NCBI GenBank assembly: GCA_900548905.1
Contig: URMK01000022.1
Span: 34,692 to 98,691 of the forward strand
Direction: 5' to 3'
Source of the DNA: an uncultured Lachnospiraceae bacterium
Lineage (GTDB): Bacteria; Bacillota; Clostridia; Lachnospirales; Lachnospiraceae
DNA length: 64,000 nt
Both the position numbers and the translations under genes were made by a program. Below the pieces are notes generated by a model. It had not been told where the DNA came from. It saw nothing but the letters and a program-made list of their open reading frames with translations, and did not search any database. How positions within the stretch are numbered: position 1 is the stretch's first letter; every line of letters starts with the position of its first letter. Below are positions 9,388 through 17,580 of this stretch, piece by piece.

Positions 9388-12300
9388 TCAGCCTTCTATC
9401 TCTTTTTCAATCAGGCTTACGCTTACCAAAGTGGAAACACCTTTTTCCTGCATCGTGATACCATATAATCTGTCTGCTTTTTCCATGGTTCCTCTTCGGT
9501 GCGTTATGACGATGAACTGGGTATACTTCGTCAGTTTATGTAAATAATTGGCAAAACGTCCCACATTGCTGTCATCCAGGGCGGCTTCTATTTCATCCAG
9601 CAGACAGAAGGGGGAGGGCTTCAGGTTCTGTATGGCAAACAAAAGAGAGATTGCCGTCAACGCCTTCTCACCGCCGGAAAGCTGCATCATATTCTGCAGC
9701 TTCTTACCCGGGGGCTGGGCAATAATACGGATTCCTGCCTCCAGGATATCTTCATCCTCCATCAGCTCCAGGGTACCCTTTCCGCCCCCGAACAGTTCCT
9801 TAAACACCTTATCAAATTCCTGGCTGATTTGTGCAAATTTTTCCCGGAACTGCTTCCGCATGGCCTCATCCAGCTCCAGTATGATACCCTTCAGGGTTTC
9901 CTCTGCTTTTATTAAATCATCATGCTGGGTTTTCAGAAAGGTATAACGTTCCATCAGGTTTTTATAATCTTCAATGGCATTGACATTCACATCTCCCAGT
10001 TTTCTAATCTGCTCCTTCAAAGATGTGATTTCTTTCTTCATGGAAGCCAAATCCTGCAATTCTTCCATGGAATTCCCTTTTTCCATAGAATTCTCTTCTT
10101 CCATAGAATTCTCTTCTTCCATGGAATGCTTTGCTTCCATTTTAAGCGCCGCAGCATCACTCAGCGTGATTTCGTATTCATCCCACATGTAATTGATCTG
10201 GGCTTCTACAGCTTCTTCCAGCTTTTCCTGCTGTGCATTCAGCCTGTATACTTCTTTGTCCAGCCCGGAAAGCCGTTCTGCCAGGCTTTCCCTGTCCGAA
10301 AAGAAATTTTTCTGTCTGGCGGACAGGTTTTCTTTTCGTTCCATGTCTGCTTTCAGCTTTTCTTCACCGTTATTCTGGTTCGTATACGAAGTGTCAATTG
10401 TTTCCTGCAGCAAAAGGATATCGGCTTCTTTCCGGGCAATTTCCTGCCTTCCCGCCTCCATGCCTTCCCGGATCTCTCTCAGTTCCTGCGTGAATTTAAG
10501 AATTTCACCCTGGATACGATCCAGATTCGTCTGTTCAAAACCCTGTTTCTGTCGGATTTTTTCCACTTCCAAATCCCATTCAGACACTCTGGAGCTGTGA
10601 AGGCTTTCTTCGTCTTTCCGCGCTTCCAGTTCCTTCTGGGCCGTTTGAATCCGGGCTTCCACATCCTTTTCCAAAAGTTCGGAGGCTTCCAGTTCTCTGC
10701 GTATTTCCTCTTTTCCGTTCTGGATTTCTTCGATTTGGGATGCGATTTCCCTCTGCTCATTCTGCAGATCCCCGTAGCCCTGCTCTGTCTGCTCCTTCTT
10801 TTCCCTGGCAGCAGCTACGTTCATTCTCGCCGTATTCTGATGGATAAATTCCTCCTGGAGGGATGCTTTCACCTGCTCCAGTTCCATTCGCAGCTTGTTT
10901 CTGCGCTGCTTTGTTTTTTCGATTTCATCCAGCAGACGGTCAATGGATTTCAGCGTTTCCCTGACCCGTTTTTCCAGTTCCTCCATCTCCCGGCGTCTTC
11001 CCAGCAGATTGCTGTTGTTTTTGTAGGCGCCGCCGCTGATGGATCCTCCGGGATTAAACAGTTCGCCCTCCAGCGTTACCATGCGGAGACTATACTTATA
11101 TTTACGGGCAATCCGTACCGCATTGTCTACATCGTCAACCACGACTATCCGCCCAAGCAGGGAAGCCGCCACATCCCGGTAGCGCTCCTGCGTATTCACC
11201 AGGGAATCCGCCAGCCCTAGCACTCCCGGTTCAGCCAGGACCTCCTTCATACGGAATTCCTGGCGGTTACGGATGCTGGTCAACGGAAGAAAGGTCGCTC
11301 TTCCGGCTTTATTCTGTTTCAGAAAAGCGATCATTTCCTTAGCCGTATCTTCCGTTTCCGTAACTATATTCTGTATACTTCCTCCCAGAGCAGTTTCGAT
11401 GGCAACTTCGTATTTTTTTTCCACCTTGATAAGATCGGCAACGACTCCGATAATGCCCGGATTGGCACCCTTTTGCTCCATGACACGCTTTACGCTGCCG
11501 CCATACCCCTCATACCGTTCCGTCAGGTTGGAAAGTGCATCCAGTCTGGACTTATCCTGGTGATAGACCACCTGCGTATCCCGCAGCTTCTGATCCTTCC
11601 CTGAAAGTTCATCCCTCATCTGGTTCAGTTCTTCCTCAAGGACCGTCTGCCTGTCATTGAATACGGATATATTGTCATTGATCCGCAGAAATTCTTCTTC
11701 CAGTTTCCGGATAAGATCCTCCTGCTGGGCTTCATCGGATTTAGCGCGCAGAAGCCGGGAATTCAGTTCGGCCCTTCGTATCTGTATCTGCTCCAGCATG
11801 GTATCGAACCGGCCCATACGGGATTTTATCGTAGCCCGGTCATTTAATGCGGTAATAATGGTATTTTTCCCATTTTCTATATTCGCATTCAGTTCATCCA
11901 TCTGTGCCTGTACTCTGGCAAGTTCTGTTTTGGCATCTTCTCTGGCTTCCTCCAGCCGGGAAAGCTGGGCATCCACTTTACCCTTATCCTCCAGGATGGA
12001 CTCTTTATTCGCGGTCTGCGTATCAATTTCCTTCTGCAGGGTATCCTGACGGTTCAGAAAATGCTTTTCATTGCCTCTGACAGAATTAATCTGTTCCTTC
12101 AGGACATTGATTTCACCTTCCAGCTTTCCCCGGAGCATGCCGGTATCTGTAAGCTGGGAACGTTCCTCTTCGATTTGTTTATCCAGACGCTCGATTTCTG
12201 CCTGTACCCGCTCGTACTCTTCTTTGATATGCTCATATTTGGAAGAGGTATCCGCTAAATCGCCGGAAGCGATTTTCTGTTTTTCCGTTACCCCGGCAAG

Positions 12301-13020
12301 CTGTTCCCTGAGCCTGGCATTTTCCAGAAGAAAAATATCAATATCCAGAGCTTTGAGCGCTTCCTTTTTCTTCAGATAGATCTTTGCTTTTTCCGACTGT
12401 TTTTCCAGAGGCTCCACCTGTTTTTCCAGTTCACTCAGGATATCACTGACACGCAGCAGATTCTGCTTTTCATCTTCCAGCTTCTTCTGAGCGGCGGACT
12501 TACGTCTTTTAAACTTCACAATACCGGCGGCTTCGTCAAAAAGTTCTCTTCTTTCTTCCGGCTTTCCACTGAGGATTTTATCAATCTGGCCCTGGCCGAT
12601 GATGGAATAGCCTTCCTTACCGATACCGGTATCATAGAAAAGCTCATTCACGTCCTTCAGTCTCACCGGAGAGCCGTTCATCAGGTATTCACTCTCCCCG
12701 GAACGGTAAATCCGCCTGGCAACGGTAACTTCATCGAACTCAATAGCGAGCTGGTGATCCCGGTTATCCAGAGTGATCGCCACATAGGCATAACCCATAG
12801 GCTTACGGACTTCCGTACCGGAAAAGATGACATCCTGCATGGAAGCGCCGCGCAGCTGTTTGATGCGCTGCTCCCCCAAAACCCAGCGGACAGCATCCGC
12901 AACATTGCTTTTCCCGCTGCCGTTGGGGCCTACAATACCGGTAATTCCGTTATGGAACTGAAACGTTATTTTGTTGGCAAAGGATTTGAATCCGTGTATC
13001 TCTATACTTTTTAAATACAT
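9388..13020 (-). CDS. smc: Chromosome segregation protein SMC
   Basis: GPNGSGKSN Walker A, hinge GRATFLPL, LSGGEK, LLDEIEAALD. Confidence 0.98.
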   Translation of the reverse strand: MYLKSIEIHGFKSFANKITFQFHNGITGIVGPNGSGKSNVADAVRWVLGEQRIKQLRGASMQDVIFSGTEVRKPMGYAYVAITLDNRDHQLAIEFDEVTVARRIYRSGESEYLMNGSPVRLKDVNELFYDTGIGKEGYSIIGQGQIDKILSGKPEERRELFDEAAGIVKFKRRKSAAQKKLEDEKQNLLRVSDILSELEKQVEPLEKQSEKAKIYLKKKEALKALDIDIFLLENARLREQLAGVTEKQKIASGDLADTSSKYEHIKEEYERVQAEIERLDKQIEEERSQLTDTGMLRGKLEGEINVLKEQINSVRGNEKHFLNRQDTLQKEIDTQTANKESILEDKGKVDAQLSRLEEAREDAKTELARVQAQMDELNANIENGKNTIITALNDRATIKSRMGRFDTMLEQIQIRRAELNSRLLRAKSDEAQQEDLIRKLEEEFLRINDNISVFNDRQTVLEEELNQMRDELSGKDQKLRDTQVVYHQDKSRLDALSNLTERYEGYGGSVKRVMEQKGANPGIIGVVADLIKVEKKYEVAIETALGGSIQNIVTETEDTAKEMIAFLKQNKAGRATFLPLTSIRNRQEFRMKEVLAEPGVLGLADSLVNTQERYRDVAASLLGRIVVVDDVDNAVRIARKYKYSLRMVTLEGELFNPGGSISGGAYKNNSNLLGRRREMEELEKRVRETLKSIDRLLDEIEKTKQRRNKLRMELEQVKASLQEEFIHQNTARMNVAAAREKKEQTEQGYGDLQNEQREIASQIEEIQNGKEEIRRELEASELLEKDVEARIQTAQKELEARKDEESLHSSRVSEWDLEVEKIRQKQGFEQTNLDRIQGEILKFTQELREIREGMEAGRQEIARKEADILLLQETIDTSYTNQNNGEEKLKADMERKENLSARQKNFFSDRESLAERLSGLDKEVYRLNAQQEKLEEAVEAQINYMWDEYEITLSDAAALKMEAKHSMEEENSMEEENSMEKGNSMEELQDLASMKKEITSLKEQIRKLGDVNVNAIEDYKNLMERYTFLKTQHDDLIKAEETLKGIILELDEAMRKQFREKFAQISQEFDKVFKELFGGGKGTLELMEDEDILEAGIRIIAQPPGKKLQNMMQLSGGEKALTAISLLFAIQNLKPSPFCLLDEIEAALDDSNVGRFANYLHKLTKYTQFIVITHRRGTMEKADRLYGITMQEKGVSTLVSVSLIEKEIEG
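10060..10140 (-). repeat. 4.5 x 18-bp tandem repeat in the smc C-terminal coiled coil
   Basis: ATGGAAGCAAAGCATTCC, ATGGAAGAAGAGAATTCT x2, ATGGAAAAAGGGAATTCC, ATGGAAGAA. Confidence 0.95.
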
Positions 13021-13024
13021 AATT

Positions 13025-13078
13025 TTAATCCTTATTTTCTATGGAAGGCTTTGCATCCATGGAATACTTTACTTCCAT
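13025..13078 (-). repeat. ~3 x degenerate 18-bp repeat forming the rnc C-terminal tail
   Basis: ATGGAAGTAAAGTATTCC ATGGATGCAAAGCCTTCC ATAGAAAATAAGGATTAA. Confidence 0.8.
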
Positions 13079-13768
13079 ATTCTTCCGCAGGGCCAGAATC
13101 GCTTCATAAGCCGCCTGCTGTTCCGCCGCTTTTTTGGTACGGCCCTTCCCTTTTCCGATGACCTCATTGTTCAGAACAGCATCCACCAGAAATTCTTTGT
13201 CATGATCCGGCCCTTCTTCACCGGTAAGCGCATAAACAAATTCAGCCTCCGGCATGGTCTGGATCATCTCCTGAAGTACTGTCTTACTGTCGTAAAAAAG
13301 GATTTTATTTTCCAGATCCGAAAGTACAAACCGATGAATAAAATCATGGGCCGCCTGAAACCCGCCGTCTAAATACAGAGCGCCGATAACTGCTTCCATA
13401 GCGTCCGAAGTTATGGAGTCCCTGCCTCTGCCGCCTGTAGCCTCTTCTCCTTTTCCCAGAAGCATATATTGCCCCAGTTCCAGATCCCTTGCGCAATAAG
13501 CCAATGCAGGCTCACATACCATAGACGAACGCAGCTTCGTCAGTTTCCCTTCCGGCATCTGCGGATTCTCGGAAAAAAGGAATTCGCTGGATACCAGTTC
13601 CAGCACCGCGTCACCCAAAAACTCCAGCCGTTCGTAATCTTCCAGCTTATTGATTTTCTGCTCATTGGCAAAGGAACTGTGGGTCAATGCCTGGCGGAGC
13701 AGATTTTTATTCCGAAATACATAGCCGATCCTTTTCTCAAGCCCTTCCAATGTATATTTTATACTCAT
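13025..13768 (-). CDS. rnc: Ribonuclease III
   Basis: ALTHSS, ERLEFLGDAVL signature, dsRBD GKGRTKKAAEQQAA. Confidence 0.98.
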   Translation of the reverse strand: MSIKYTLEGLEKRIGYVFRNKNLLRQALTHSSFANEQKINKLEDYERLEFLGDAVLELVSSEFLFSENPQMPEGKLTKLRSSMVCEPALAYCARDLELGQYMLLGKGEEATGGRGRDSITSDAMEAVIGALYLDGGFQAAHDFIHRFVLSDLENKILFYDSKTVLQEMIQTMPEAEFVYALTGEEGPDHDKEFLVDAVLNNEVIGKGKGRTKKAAEQQAAYEAILALRKNMEVKYSMDAKPSIENKD

Positions 13769-13786
13769 AAGATCCTTTCCACAATT

Positions 13787-13825
13787 AAAAAGCCCTGTCC
13801 AGGTTTCCCCGCTTCGGGCTTTTTT
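13787..13825. terminator. Hairpin with A/T tails between acpP and rnc
   Basis: AAAAAGCCC...GGGCTTTTTT. Confidence 0.55.
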
Positions 13826-13861
13826 AGCAAATTTCCATAATTGGCTCTTGTTTCCAGCCTC

Positions 13862-14089
13862 TTAGTTGCTGTTTTTTATTAATTCAACCGCTTCTCCCAC
13901 CGTACTGATCCGTTCTGCATCCGCCGGTGAAATTTCGATTCCGAATTCTTCTTCTATTCCCATCACAATCTGGAACACATCCAAGGAATCCGCGCACAGG
14001 TCATCAATGAAGGTGGTGTCTACCGTAATTTCCTTGGGATCCACACACAATACTTCCGCAATGATAGTTCTGAGCTTGTCAAGTTCCAT
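13862..14089 (-). CDS. acpP: Acyl carrier protein
   Basis: DLCADSLD phosphopantetheine Ser, EEEFGIEI. Confidence 0.93.
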   Translation of the reverse strand: MELDKLRTIIAEVLCVDPKEITVDTTFIDDLCADSLDVFQIVMGIEEEFGIEISPADAERISTVGEAVELIKNSN

Positions 14090-14104
14090 ATCCTTTGTCC
14101 TTTC

Positions 14105-15118
14105 TCACTCGGCGGTCCCGGAAATCACTTTCCGGATCTTGCCGTTAATATCCTGTTCCTTAAAGGTCACGCACTGCAGAATGGTATTTTTGATTTCCAC
14201 AGATTTGGAGCTTCCATGGGTCTTTACCACCAGCCCCTTAAGGCCGAGCAAAGGAGCTCCGCCATACTGTTCCAAATCAAAAGCCTTCAGTGTCTGCTTT
14301 AAGGCCGGTTTTACAAGAAGGGCACCGATTTTACTTCTCAGGTTCACCATCATGCCGCCTTTTACTTTTTTAATCAACGTGGCTCCCACTCCTTCATACA
14401 GCTTCAATACCACGTTTCCCACAAACGCTTCGCACACCACCACATCCGCAGCACCTGCAGGAATATCCCTGGCCTCTATGCTGCCGATAAAATTAATATC
14501 GGAGCATTCCTTCAGCATGGGAAAGGTTTCTTTGACCAGTGCGTTTCCTTTTTCCTCTTCTGCACCGATATTGACAATCCCCACCCTGGGATTTCTGATA
14601 CCCATAACATTTTCCATATAAATGGATCCCATTTTGGCGAACTGCACCAGCTGGGAAGGCTTGGCATCCACATTGGCCCCGCAGTCAATCAGAAGAGAGG
14701 CCCCTTTTTCCGTCGGGATAAGCGGTGCCAGCGGCGGACGCTCCACCCCTTTGCTCCGGCCTACAATAACCTGTCCACCGGCCAGCACGGCTCCTGTGCT
14801 TCCCGCAGAAACAAAAGCATCGCATTTACCTTCCCTGACCAAATACAGCCCTTTTACAATGGAGGAGTCCTTCTTGCTGCGGATAGCCGCCACCGGAGGC
14901 TCTGCCATAGCGATCACTTCCGTGGCATTCACTACCTCCACCTGCTCCTCAGGATAGGTATATTTGGAAAGTTCCGCCTTCACCTGTTCTTCTTTCCCTA
15001 CCAGGTATACCTTTATCTTCTTCTCTGCCCGGATCGCTTCCACTGCGCCCTTTACAATCTCACCGGGAGCATTGTCACCGCCCATAGCATCCACTGCCAC
15101 TTTTACATATTCAGCCAT
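14105..15118 (-). CDS. plsX: Phosphate acyltransferase PlsX
   Basis: VAVDAMGGDNAP, SAGSTGA, DCGAN, YGGAPLLG, KTHGSS. Confidence 0.97.
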   Translation of the reverse strand: MAEYVKVAVDAMGGDNAPGEIVKGAVEAIRAEKKIKVYLVGKEEQVKAELSKYTYPEEQVEVVNATEVIAMAEPPVAAIRSKKDSSIVKGLYLVREGKCDAFVSAGSTGAVLAGGQVIVGRSKGVERPPLAPLIPTEKGASLLIDCGANVDAKPSQLVQFAKMGSIYMENVMGIRNPRVGIVNIGAEEEKGNALVKETFPMLKECSDINFIGSIEARDIPAGAADVVVCEAFVGNVVLKLYEGVGATLIKKVKGGMMVNLRSKIGALLVKPALKQTLKAFDLEQYGGAPLLGLKGLVVKTHGSSKSVEIKNTILQCVTFKEQDINGKIRKVISGTAE

Positions 15119-15246
15119 AATCTATCCCTTTCTGCTTTTCCTGCATAACCGCTCAAACCTCGCAGCCAGGCTCCGGCAATCCCCGACGCTTTTTTACCGG
15201 CCGGAGAGGGGCAAAGCCCACCTGCGGAATTTGAGTGTCCTCTATA

Positions 15247-15275
15247 AATATACTAGACATGCCTGTAAAAATCAA
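15247..15275 (-). promoter_or_regulatory. sigA-type promoter for plsX
   Basis: TTGATT-N17-TATATT. Confidence 0.55.
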
Positions 15276-15314
15276 GAGAATTGTCCCCGGAGACAGGTGA
15301 GGAGTACACTAAAA

Positions 15315-15447
15315 GTTACTGTTCACTCAGTGCTGTGCATTTACTGCACAGTACGTGAGAAAGTGATTCAAGAGTGCATAAACACAAACGCCGCAGACGA
15401 TTTTAAATGGATTTATGCAGGTTACCGGTCACGGAGGGAACAGTAAC
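15315..15447. mobile_element. 133-bp MITE-like element
   Basis: TIRs GTTACTGTTCACTCAGTG / CACGGAGGGAACAGTAAC (16/18 match); direct repeat CACTAAAA at 15307-15314 and 15448-15455. Confidence 0.85.
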
Positions 15448-15451
15448 CACT

Positions 15452-15494
15452 AAAAAAGCTTCCCTCAAGGATTCTTCATCCTCAGGAAAGCTTT
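15452..15494 (-). terminator. Intrinsic terminator after rpmF
   Basis: Plus-strand AAAAAAGCTTCCCT..AGGAT..ATCCT..AGGAAAGCTTTT hairpin. Confidence 0.65.
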
Positions 15495-15511
15495 TGGTTT
15501 TTTTCTTTTCA

Positions 15512-15694
15512 TTAAGCTTCTGTGTTAATGATCTCTCTCTTGTTGTAAGAACCGCAAGCCTTGCATACTCTGTGGGGCATCATCAGAGCGCCGCATTTGC
15601 TGCACTTAACCAGAGTCGGAGCACTCATTTTCCAGTTTGCTCTTCTCTTATCTCTTCTGGATTTGGAAGATTTATTCTTAGGACAGATAGACAT
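15512..15694 (-). CDS. rpmF: 50S ribosomal protein L32
   Basis: MSICPKNKSSKSRRDKRR..CSKC..PHRVCKACG. Confidence 0.97.
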   Translation of the reverse strand: MSICPKNKSSKSRRDKRRANWKMSAPTLVKCSKCGALMMPHRVCKACGSYNKREIINTEA

Positions 15695-15697
15695 TAC

Positions 15698-16222
15698 TTA
15701 CACCTCCTTGTTCTCACGAAAGATATCCATAATTGCCGCCATTCTGGGGTCCGGAACAAAAGTATCGCAATCGCATTTCCCTTCATTCAAATCTTTCCCG
15801 CAGACACTGCAAAGTCCTCTGCAGTCCTCTTTACAGAGGATTTTCATCGGCCAGCATGTAATGATTTCATTGCTTATCAGGCTGTCTACATTCAGCTGAT
15901 ATCCTTCCAGAAATCCACGCTCCTCATCCTGCTCCTGCTCATCCGCCGCATCGGGCGAAACAGCCTGTACAGAAAAGTGAAGTGCAAATTCCCTTGTTAC
16001 TTCCCGAAGGCACCTGTCACATTTCAATTCTACCTTTACTTCCGCTTCTGCTTCAATGGATGCTCTTCCCTGTCCGTTATTGGTAAGGGTAAGCGTCACC
16101 GGTGTTTTCTCCAGTATTCGGAATTCTTCACCCTGAAAGCATAGGCTTGTCAGTTCCAGCGGAACTTCTTTTGTAACAGACTTTTCTTCTTCTGTAAAGA
16201 CATCTGTCATATTGATTAACAT
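15698..16222 (-). CDS. DUF177/YceD family protein
   Basis: CDRCL, LCKEDCRGLCSVCG, DPR; upstream of rpmF. Confidence 0.92.
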   Translation of the reverse strand: MLINMTDVFTEEEKSVTKEVPLELTSLCFQGEEFRILEKTPVTLTLTNNGQGRASIEAEAEVKVELKCDRCLREVTREFALHFSVQAVSPDAADEQEQDEERGFLEGYQLNVDSLISNEIITCWPMKILCKEDCRGLCSVCGKDLNEGKCDCDTFVPDPRMAAIMDIFRENKEV

Positions 16223-16326
16223 AGTAGACTCCCAACGAATCCGGCTAAACCGAATCTCATTCGCACTTCAACAATTATACATAACCGGAAACGCTTTGTC
16301 AACCACCAAATTTAAAAGGATATTCC

Positions 16327-17568
16327 TTAATCCCGCACAACAGCATGTCCCAGAAGGTAATTTTTCCACAGCTGGTAATATTTCGCCTTCAGATGGATCT
16401 GATCAAAGGTATATTCCGTCACCAAATCGCCGTTGGCATCGCTTACCGCATCATTAACCTCCAGATAAAAGATATCCTGATTATTCGCCATGGCCGCAAG
16501 CGCTGCATTTCTGGCATTGATATTCTCGTTATTGAAGATTTTGTCCGTCCGGCTTTTTTCCCCGCTCACACGCATAATACCCTGTACATAAATAATTGCG
16601 TCCGGCTGCAGCTGCCTGATGCGGTTTACCGCATTCGCATACACGGTGAAAAAGCTTTCCGTCGTTCCCCTGCCCAGTTCATTAATGCCAAGCATAATAT
16701 AAATCTTCCCAAACTGTTTCTGCGACAGGGCTTCTTCAATGGTAACCTTGGTGCCGTCCTCCAGTTCGGCCACCTTTTTCGGGGAATCAAATACATTGTA
16801 AATGGTGAGTGAGGTTGCCGCGTAGAAGGTTACCTTATCATCAAAACCGGCGTATTCATCAAGGCCTACCGTTCTGGAATCCCCGATAAACAGCGCATCA
16901 TCAAAATAAGATTCATCCACCTGGGTAAACGTATAGGTCTTGTTTGCATCCTCTGTCAAACCGTCCTGTCCCGTCTCTTCCCCGGCCTCTGTCTGCTGCC
17001 CTTCTGCCGTTTCCTGCCCGGTGCTTTCTTCAGCCGTCCGGTTACCGGACACGCTGTCCGTACCGGGTATCTGCATCGGTATCTGCTGCGTTTGCTGATC
17101 CGTCACTTCTTCCTGAATCAGCTGCCCGAATTTATCATACCTGGGCTGGGCCGTATTTGCCGATACCATACTGCTGCCGTCCCACACTTCCGGGGCAGCG
17201 CTGTTTTCCGACACCCCGTCTCCCTGATTCTGTGAATTACCGGAAACCGTTGTTTCACTTCCTGCATCTGCCGTTTCCTCTGCCGCCGGAGTGCTCTCCT
17301 GCACCGTTTCCTCTGCATCAGTATTTTCTTCTTCCACGCCGTTCTGCGCGTCTGCCATAGCCGGACTGGTTTCACGCGCGAACAGCTCCCACGGATAAAC
17401 CCCGTCCTTCCATCCCTGGAAAACCAGCGACAAGCCGGGAGTCATCCATCCGTCCTGCTTGCTGTAGGAGGCATATATGGTATGCTCTCCTGCATATCCG
17501 GCGCCTGTTATTAACAACCCGCTTACCAAAAGAATCAGGAAAAGCGGATATTTGTTCCAATTTTTCAT
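16327..17568 (-). CDS. Membrane-anchored SGNH/GDSL protein with long acidic linker (putative O-acyltransferase partner)
   Basis: N-terminal hydrophobic segment, E/T/Q-rich linker, FIGDSRT, LGINE, DQIH. Confidence 0.8.
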   Translation of the reverse strand: MKNWNKYPLFLILLVSGLLITGAGYAGEHTIYASYSKQDGWMTPGLSLVFQGWKDGVYPWELFARETSPAMADAQNGVEEENTDAEETVQESTPAAEETADAGSETTVSGNSQNQGDGVSENSAAPEVWDGSSMVSANTAQPRYDKFGQLIQEEVTDQQTQQIPMQIPGTDSVSGNRTAEESTGQETAEGQQTEAGEETGQDGLTEDANKTYTFTQVDESYFDDALFIGDSRTVGLDEYAGFDDKVTFYAATSLTIYNVFDSPKKVAELEDGTKVTIEEALSQKQFGKIYIMLGINELGRGTTESFFTVYANAVNRIRQLQPDAIIYVQGIMRVSGEKSRTDKIFNNENINARNAALAAMANNQDIFYLEVNDAVSDANGDLVTEYTFDQIHLKAKYYQLWKNYLLGHAVVRD

Positions 17569-17580
17569 TTATATGCCACC

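Noticed and set aside
9300..13078. 18-bp arrays as a CRISPR array
   Set aside because: No unique spacers, units too short, inside coding frames, and no cas genes in the window.
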